Shown piece by piece: positions 58,656-64,000 of a stretch of 64,000 nt of DNA (position 1 is its first letter; each line of letters begins with the position of its first letter). A program made the translations under genes and the position numbers. The stretch comes from a virus (taxonomy: Duplodnaviria > Caudoviricetes), in the IMG/VR virus record IMGVR_UViG_3300033076_000691, positions 1-64,000 of that record; one strand, written 5' to 3'. The notes below the pieces were generated by a model that was given only the letters and a program-made list of their open reading frames with translations, searched no databases and was not told where the DNA came from.

Positions 58656-59354
58656 TTAGTTGTTACGTTCAGCTGTTTCTGTACCTCTAGAGAATTGGTT
58701 TCCTGATTCAATATCTCCGGCAAGAATACTTACTGCCTCATCAATTATTACTTCTATAATATCATCTTTAAACTCACACTCTACATTTTGAGTAGAAGTA
58801 ATTCCTGTATATGGATCAGAACAACCTTCTATTTGTATTTTAACTGGTTGTCTGTAATAAGTTAACTCAGCTTCTGTAATCTCAAATTGATTGTTTGTAT
58901 AAATATGTACATTGTTATTTATCAATGTTGCAAATGTTTCTGCCCACTCAAAGTTTGGTTGTTTAGCTTTATCTCTTAAAAGTTGATTAAGGTTTCCTTC
59001 TTCACCAAGATATACTGTCATTCTTCTTTTATCACAACAGTCTTGTTTAGCATATACATCTACACGTTTCCATTGTAAATAATTTTCTGGAATATTACCT
59101 TGATAATAAAGATCTTTCTTTACAGTACTAAGAGGAACTTTAATCATTAATTTCTGTAAATCATCTTTACGTCTATTGGATTGTTCATCCCCTTCTTTTA
59201 ATACATTAATACTATGAAGTTGTCTTCTAGCCCATTCTACCTGAGCTTTATTAAAAGACTCAACTATTTGCCAGCAAGTTATGTTGTCATAATCTTGACT
59301 GTCAAGTTTATTAAGTCTTTGCTTAATCTTTATGGTAATTGTACTATTTAACAT
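58656..59354 (-). CDS. Head-tail ring/connector protein (crAss-like)
   Basis: LNKLDS, FNKAQ.EW, E...RRKDDLQKL, LTYYRQP and CEF...IIEVIIDEAV motifs. Position downstream of the MCP. Confidence 0.6.
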   Translation of the reverse strand: MLNSTITIKIKQRLNKLDSQDYDNITCWQIVESFNKAQVEWARRQLHSINVLKEGDEQSNRRKDDLQKLMIKVPLSTVKKDLYYQGNIPENYLQWKRVDVYAKQDCCDKRRMTVYLGEEGNLNQLLRDKAKQPNFEWAETFATLINNNVHIYTNNQFEITEAELTYYRQPVKIQIEGCSDPYTGITSTQNVECEFKDDIIEVIIDEAVSILAGDIESGNQFSRGTETAERNN

Positions 59355-59357
59355 TTG

Positions 59358-59858
59358 TTATTTTTTTCTTTTAACAGCTCCACCTTTTTTATATATACCC
59401 ATGGCTTTTAATTGTTCAGGTGTAAATTCCATGTTTTGCCCTCCAACAACTCCTTTAACAGTTTTTGGAATACTTGATGGACCAGGATAAGTTAAAGAAT
59501 CTCTATATGCTTTGTTGATTGCTTGAGCTCTACCGTTATCTTTTATATTTGCCATAGGAGGTAAAGAAGGTAGAGAACTTAAAGATGATAATTGTGTAGG
59601 TCTTGTTTTATTCAATGCATCCATATTTGCAATACGTACATTATTAGCATTTTCAGTAAGCATTTTTGTAGTATCAGATAACCACCATTTTTCTGGTGTT
59701 TTTTTATAACCACCAGTAGATCCAGATTTATTAATTAAATCATCATTCATTTCAATACCATCCTGAGCTTTTTTAATAGATGCTCTGATATTCTTCTGTC
59801 TAGTCTCATTAGCTTTTCTAAAAAAACTTAATGCATTTTCTTTATTAGTTTTTTTCAT
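59358..59858 (-). CDS. Small basic protein with KAQDG and YKKGG motifs
   Basis: 166-aa ORF in a tightly packed operon. Lys-rich termini. Confidence 0.65.
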   Translation of the reverse strand: MKKTNKENALSFFRKANETRQKNIRASIKKAQDGIEMNDDLINKSGSTGGYKKTPEKWWLSDTTKMLTENANNVRIANMDALNKTRPTQLSSLSSLPSLPPMANIKDNGRAQAINKAYRDSLTYPGPSSIPKTVKGVVGGQNMEFTPEQLKAMGIYKKGGAVKRKK

Positions 59859-59860
59859 GG

Positions 59861-60283
59861 TTATCTTTTTTTAGCCATTGCTTTAAAAGTACGTGCTAGA
59901 GCTTTTCTCTTTGGGGTACAAGTAGGTTTTGACATTGGAGTACAGTATCCTTTATGTTTAGGATTAACTGCTTTTTGTATCCATTTTTTATCTGTAGTAG
60001 ATCCACCTTTTTTCATCACTTTAGTAGTAACTTTTTTTACAGTCTCGTCTACAGTTTTTTTAATTTCATTTTTTGCTTTTCTTTTTTCAGCAATATTTTT
60101 TCCAAGTCTAGTACCAATAGCACTAACACCTGCACCAATTATTCCAGCACCAATTTTAGCACTAGTTGAACTAAAAGGACCTGGTTTTTTAGCTTGTGGT
60201 ACACATGTACCATTATTACACCAATATCCTGGAGGACAGTCATCCCCATAATTACAACTCTGATTTGCTTTTTTAACTGCCAT
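59861..60283 (-). CDS. Small basic bipartite protein (Cys hairpin, MKKGG, basic C-terminal module)
   Basis: CNYGDDCPPGYWCNNGTC, hydrophobic IGAGIIGAGVSAIG, then MKKGG followed by KKWIQKAV...ALARTFK. Confidence 0.65.
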   Translation of the reverse strand: MAVKKANQSCNYGDDCPPGYWCNNGTCVPQAKKPGPFSSTSAKIGAGIIGAGVSAIGTRLGKNIAEKRKAKNEIKKTVDETVKKVTTKVMKKGGSTTDKKWIQKAVNPKHKGYCTPMSKPTCTPKRKALARTFKAMAKKR

Positions 60284-60285
60284 GA

Positions 60286-60717
60286 TTACTTACTTTTTCT
60301 TTTATTCATTTTAGCACCAGCAATTCTATCTGCAGCAGTTTTTCCTGGATTTTTGTCAATACCAGCTTTTACTGAAAGCATACCAAATGCTGAACCACCA
60401 CTTTTAAATTTAGGTCTTTCCATCACACATTTTCCATCTGCTCCTCTTACCATACCTTTTTTACAAGATGCTTTTACTGGAGTAGATGCACCAAATTTAG
60501 CTGTACCAATTGCACCACCTTTTTTGTAGTCATAAGTTCCAGTTCTATTTGGGCCTGTAGGACCAGCATTAGGAACACCATAAATACCATCTTTAGTATT
60601 TGATCCACCCATTTGTGCTTTTGCAAAACCTTTAGGAGCATTTAATTTATTTGTAGTAGATCCACCTTTAGCATATTTCATGCTACCTCCACATTTCATA
60701 CATTTCTTAGTTGCCAT
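60286..60717 (-). CDS. Small basic protein with six motif copies
   Basis: MKCGG, YAKGG, AQMGG, YKKGG, AKFG and FKSGG in 143 aa. Confidence 0.65.
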   Translation of the reverse strand: MATKKCMKCGGSMKYAKGGSTTNKLNAPKGFAKAQMGGSNTKDGIYGVPNAGPTGPNRTGTYDYKKGGAIGTAKFGASTPVKASCKKGMVRGADGKCVMERPKFKSGGSAFGMLSVKAGIDKNPGKTAADRIAGAKMNKRKSK

Positions 60718-60729
60718 TATATATAAGTT

Positions 60730-60975
60730 TTAACATTTCCATTTTCTCAAAGACTTATTGATCCTTGAGTTAGGATCTTTAGCAGTCTTAGCACTTGTTA
60801 GTTTTTTCTTCATACCTTCCATGCGTGCACAGAAAGATTTCTTTCTAGGCCCACCACCTGGTTGAGGTGGTTTAATGTCATGACCAGCAGCTTTTAAAGA
60901 TGCTCTTCCCTTTGCATTAAGACCACCACTTGGGGACTTACCTTCTTTTCTTTGCCATGCTGGGGTCTTTGCCAT
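60730..60975 (-). CDS. Small basic phage protein (DUF6321-like)
   Basis: GGLNAKGRAS, RKKSFCARM and SRINKSLRKWKC motifs recalled from a widespread small phage protein family. Confidence 0.6.
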   Translation of the reverse strand: MAKTPAWQRKEGKSPSGGLNAKGRASLKAAGHDIKPPQPGGGPRKKSFCARMEGMKKKLTSAKTAKDPNSRINKSLRKWKC

Positions 60976-60977
60976 AA

Positions 60978-61130
60978 CTATTTCTTTTTAGAAGTTGCTC
61001 TTATTTTCTTTTCCTGCTTAAGCATTTCTTTAGTAGGTTTCTTTCCAGAACCTTTATTATCACGGATGTTATCCCAGAGACCTCTCTGGGAATAACTACC
61101 GTCTTTTCTTTTAAGTAATTGCTTACCCAT
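60978..61130 (-). CDS. Small basic protein, 50 aa (not in the ORF track)
   Basis: Hand translation MGKQLLKRKDGSYSQRGLWDNIRDNKGSGKKPTKEMLKQEKKIRATSKKK*. TAATG overlap with the upstream gene and a 2-nt gap to the downstream gene. Confidence 0.75.
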   Translation of the reverse strand: MGKQLLKRKDGSYSQRGLWDNIRDNKGSGKKPTKEMLKQEKKIRATSKKK

Positions 61131-61309
61131 TATCTGCTAGGTTCAGCACCTTTTGGTGCTTTACTAATTCCACCTACTCTTCCTTTAGCAACTGTTTGTA
61201 CTGTAGCTGCAGGATTAAGTCCTACAAATACTCCCTTACTACCAGGAACTTTTTGAACTTGTACGCTTGGATTTGGGTTATTAATTTTCCCAGTTGTGTA
61301 TTGTGCCAT
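61130..61309 (-). CDS. Small basic protein, 59 aa, paralog A (not in the ORF track)
   Basis: Hand translation MAQYTTGKINNPNPSVQVQKVPGSKGVFVGLNPAATVQTVAKGRVGGISKAPKGAEPSR*. Confidence 0.75.
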   Translation of the reverse strand: MAQYTTGKINNPNPSVQVQKVPGSKGVFVGLNPAATVQTVAKGRVGGISKAPKGAEPSR

Positions 61310-61314
61310 TATAT

Positions 61315-61494
61315 TTAATTTTTAGGATTTGCAGATTTAGGAGCTTTACTAATACCACCTACTTTACCTTTTGGTTTTTTAACCACAGATTTAGGTTCAG
61401 CAGATTTAGTTGGTCTACCTTTAGAAACTTTAGTAACTGAAACAGAAGCATTTGGATTTACCATTCCACCTGTTTTGTATTTCATTTTTTTCAT
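61315..61494 (-). CDS. Small basic protein, 59 aa, paralog B (not in the ORF track)
   Basis: Hand translation MKKMKYKTGGMVNPNASVSVTKVSKGRPTKSAEPKSVVKKPKGKVGGISKAPKSANPKN*. Confidence 0.75.
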   Translation of the reverse strand: MKKMKYKTGGMVNPNASVSVTKVSKGRPTKSAEPKSVVKKPKGKVGGISKAPKSANPKN

Positions 61495-61505
61495 TTTATC
61501 TTAAA

Positions 61506-62522
61506 TTAAGAATTCCAATACTTCTCACAGGCTTGGTTTAGATCTTTCAAAATATCCTCATTTAAAGGATTCTTCAAGTGCTCTACTACATCTGACACAT
61601 TTCTTCCAAGCATTGACCCGGATTTTGTGTGGTAGATATAACCATCTGCCTTATTAACAATATACTTAAAAAATACGGAATCACGAACAATTGATTTAAT
61701 TTTTAGTGTTTCCATATCCATGCTTACAGTTTCCATAAAGGATTTTGCAGCTCTTTCTTTGTTACTTTCTCCACCTAAACCATTGATGTAATTATCCATG
61801 TTCTCATAAATAACATCATTTGGTGTAGACTTCTTATACTGTGTACTATTGATATCTACAACTTTTGCAATGTAGAATAACTTAGTACTGTTTTTGTCAA
61901 ATAGTTTCTGAAGTTCAGAAAGTGCTTTGTTACGCAACTTCTTGTATTCAGTTCTTGCCATAACTGTTTCCTCTGTTTTATCTAAGTAAAACTTAGGAGC
62001 AACTGGTCTTGATCTGGCATCATCAAAACTTTTTGCAACAATTGCAAAACCTCCTGCTTCAATAGCATGAAGTTTAATTCTATCATATGGATCTTTTGGA
62101 TCCAAGAATAGAGGTTCATTACCACAAGCAATACTTATTCTATTCCAGAACTCAGCATTATCTGGTCTAAGTAACTTTACCTTATTCCAGAATTGTGGGT
62201 CATCAATTTCAATTACATTAGCAGCCAATTCTTTTTCTAATTCAGATACTGCTAATCTAATTTCTTTTATTCTTGCTTCTTTATCATCTCCGTTTAGAAG
62301 TCTTACATCTGGAGCAAACTCATTAAGTCCTGTAAGGTATCTTACTACTCCATTGTTTTCTAAACATGCCAATTGTTCATGGTGAACTACACCATCAAAA
62401 AGTGACATACCATAATCTTCTAAACCCATGTTAGAAGCATTTGCATCAAAAAAAGGTCTAACTGCAATTGCAGTTTGTTTAACGGTGCCTTTGCCCGTTT
62501 CTACCATTGTGAAATTTTCCAT
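61506..62522 (-). CDS. Conserved capsid-module protein downstream of the MCP (338 aa)
   Basis: Size and position match the gene that follows the MCP in crAss-like phages. YLTGL, FW and LFLD..DPYD motifs. Confidence 0.55.
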   Translation of the reverse strand: MENFTMVETGKGTVKQTAIAVRPFFDANASNMGLEDYGMSLFDGVVHHEQLACLENNGVVRYLTGLNEFAPDVRLLNGDDKEARIKEIRLAVSELEKELAANVIEIDDPQFWNKVKLLRPDNAEFWNRISIACGNEPLFLDPKDPYDRIKLHAIEAGGFAIVAKSFDDARSRPVAPKFYLDKTEETVMARTEYKKLRNKALSELQKLFDKNSTKLFYIAKVVDINSTQYKKSTPNDVIYENMDNYINGLGGESNKERAAKSFMETVSMDMETLKIKSIVRDSVFFKYIVNKADGYIYHTKSGSMLGRNVSDVVEHLKNPLNEDILKDLNQACEKYWNS

Positions 62523-62560
62523 TGTTTTGTTGGTTTTATTTTTGTTGGTTAAATTTAATT

Positions 62561-62588
62561 AAAAAAGGGAGGAGTTTCCCCCTCCCTT
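62561..62588 (-). terminator. Rho-independent terminator after the MCP gene
   Basis: aagggagg / cctccctt stem with an A-run on the left, 13 nt past the MCP stop. Confidence 0.8.
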
Positions 62589-62601
62589 AGTTTGTCTATG
62601 A

Positions 62602-64000
62602 TTAGAATGATCCACCAGTGATTGGGTTTCTCATAACAATTTTCAACACTTTAGTTGGGTCTTTAACCCAGATTGCTGGCATTGTTTGAGACATCATTAC
62701 ACGGTAACCATTGAATTGTCCAGAAGACTGGAAGCCTTGTGTACGACCCATATAGTCCATAGTACCATTTTGATACCACCATTTCAATTGATTATCCCAA
62801 GACAATTTCAACAAGAAGATGTTGTCATTTGTATTGTCAGTGATATCAAAGATAATGAATGAGTAAGAAGATAATGGGAAACCATCAATGATTGGGTTCT
62901 CAATATCATTTGTATGAACATTGTCAAATGCTGGGTTAAGAACAAACTTAACATTTGCCAAGAATGGGATTACATATGAAGTATATGCAAATCCAAAGTT
63001 CAAGTCCATACCTTTACCAGTGATTGCACCGATATCAGCAGCCTGGATAAGAAGACCAGAAGAGATTGCTTCTTGCTTAATAGCCTCATTAACCATTCTC
63101 ATACCACCCATACCAGTTTGTACAATCAAGCTACGTTTTGGATCTGGACCTTGGAACTCAACCTTACCATTGAAGAAGTTGTAGATCTCAGAACGGAACA
63201 AGTCAAGTGTGAAGTTATTTTTGTTGTATATTCTTTTGAAAGAGTTATCCAACTGTTTCCAAAGACCCACAGACAATCTAAGATCATCTGGACCATCCTG
63301 ACGTACTCTACCACCTTGACCCCACATGAGGTAAGTTTCAATGTCAGTTGCAATTTTAGACAAGTGAGCAGCTTCCATTGATGTCAAGAATGTTCTTGAT
63401 AAGTCACCATTGTCAAATGCTTTTTTCACTTTGTCTTTACCCATAACTTTTACCATGTCTTCCAAAGAAGTGATAGATGGGTCATTAGTAGCACCGAAGT
63501 TTCTCCAGATCTCAGTTACAGGAACTGTACCATCTGCATTCATACCACCTTTGATCATCAAGTCAGCACGGCTAGAGATAGAATAGTGTACGTGAGCTTC
63601 TGCACCTCCTACAAAGTTGTAGAATTCACGGAAACCAGTTCTTGTAGTGATGTCAGAGAATCTTTCACCATACTCTCCACGAGCAGAACCTTTACGGAAT
63701 ACTTTAGTACCATTAGCCAAATACTTGTTGTCAAGATATTTGAAGTTGTCATTGTTTACCAACTGTACTGTATAGATGAAACCATCACCAATAGGAAGAA
63801 TATCTTCTGCAGTAATGTACATCTCAACACCGTTATATTTGTCATAAGTGATGATATCACCATGTCCAAACTCACGTCTGTTTAATTTGATACGGAAAGT
63901 AGTACCTTCAATACCTTTGAAATCATTAGATGGTTCAATGTCCTCTACAATGTAAGGAAGGTCAGTAGAAACCGGAGTTTGCCACTTGTACTCTCCACGA
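62602..64000 (-). CDS. Major capsid protein (crAss-like, HK97 fold; 5'-truncated)
   Basis: Frame stays open beyond 63822 to the window edge (RGEYKWQTPV...GTTFRIKL...FGHGDII). IETYLMWG, GLWKQL, TGMGG, GFAYTSY and IWVKDPT motifs. Followed by a terminator. Confidence 0.85.
   Translation of the reverse strand, partial: RGEYKWQTPVSTDLPYIVEDIEPSNDFKGIEGTTFRIKLNRREFGHGDIITYDKYNGVEMYITAEDILPIGDGFIYTVQLVNNDNFKYLDNKYLANGTKVFRKGSARGEYGERFSDITTRTGFREFYNFVGGAEAHVHYSISSRADLMIKGGMNADGTVPVTEIWRNFGATNDPSITSLEDMVKVMGKDKVKKAFDNGDLSRTFLTSMEAAHLSKIATDIETYLMWGQGGRVRQDGPDDLRLSVGLWKQLDNSFKRIYNKNNFTLDLFRSEIYNFFNGKVEFQGPDPKRSLIVQTGMGGMRMVNEAIKQEAISSGLLIQAADIGAITGKGMDLNFGFAYTSYVIPFLANVKFVLNPAFDNVHTNDIENPIIDGFPLSSYSFIIFDITDNTNDNIFLLKLSWDNQLKWWYQNGTMDYMGRTQGFQSSGQFNGYRVMMSQTMPAIWVKDPTKVLKIVMRNPITGGSF

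Larger units (their letters stand above)
1..64000. mobile_element. crAss-like (Crassvirales-type) Bacteroidetes phage genome segment: virion morphogenesis plus virion RNA polymerase/ejection module
   Basis: Gene order MCP - ring - auxiliary capsid - hub/fibre - HU-like - ring - ring - muzzle - cargo - three giant proteins including a DFDID RNA polymerase matches the crAss-like late block. No cellular housekeeping genes. Starts have AT-rich leaders without Shine-Dalgarno motifs, as in Bacteroidetes. Confidence 0.9.

Noticed and set aside
63820-63822. Track start of the MCP at 63822
   Set aside because: The frame remains open to base 64000 with MCP-like sequence, so the true start is outside the window.
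2538-63885. Numerous 60-113 aa plus-strand and alternate-frame ORFs in the track
   Set aside because: They lie antisense to or inside long, motif-bearing minus-strand genes and have shadow-like composition with no independent support.
1-64000. Stop-codon reassignment, known in some crAss-like phages
   Set aside because: ORFs up to 10 kb are intact in code 11, and TAG (810, 1260, 60978) and TGA (51458) act as real stops at tight gene junctions.
1-64000. tRNA, rRNA or other structured RNA genes
   Set aside because: Intergenic gaps are at most ~110 nt and are accounted for by terminators and promoter-like motifs. No cloverleaf was seen.

Overview
AT-rich segment of a large crAss-like (Crassvirales-type) Bacteroidetes phage genome, read in the standard genetic code. 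Positions 1-1892 (+) hold the end of an accessory block: a DUF932-like protein, a MazG-like NTP pyrophosphatase and a 2OG-Fe(II) oxygenase. This block converges at a bidirectional terminator with a ~62 kb minus-strand virion module. In transcription order that module carries the major capsid protein (truncated at the window edge), a cluster of small basic proteins, ring, auxiliary-capsid, Cys-rich hub/fibre, HU-like and muzzle genes, four modular putative cargo proteins, a 1064-aa protein and three giant proteins. One giant protein is the virion RNA polymerase with a DFDID motif. The most notable unexplained signal is a short motif, [A/Y/F/M/W]-x-x-G(-G), present about 40 times in eight proteins. 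It sits at the boundaries of unrelated modules, including a clear SET-domain methyltransferase and a GNAT-like domain. The cargo genes also carry matched C-terminal and N-terminal motifs that could link consecutive proteins head-to-tail. Together these suggest a modular, motif-delimited cargo-polyprotein system, which is inference and untested. No CRISPR array, tRNA, rRNA or intron was recognised. All family calls are from motif recognition and synteny, not database searches.
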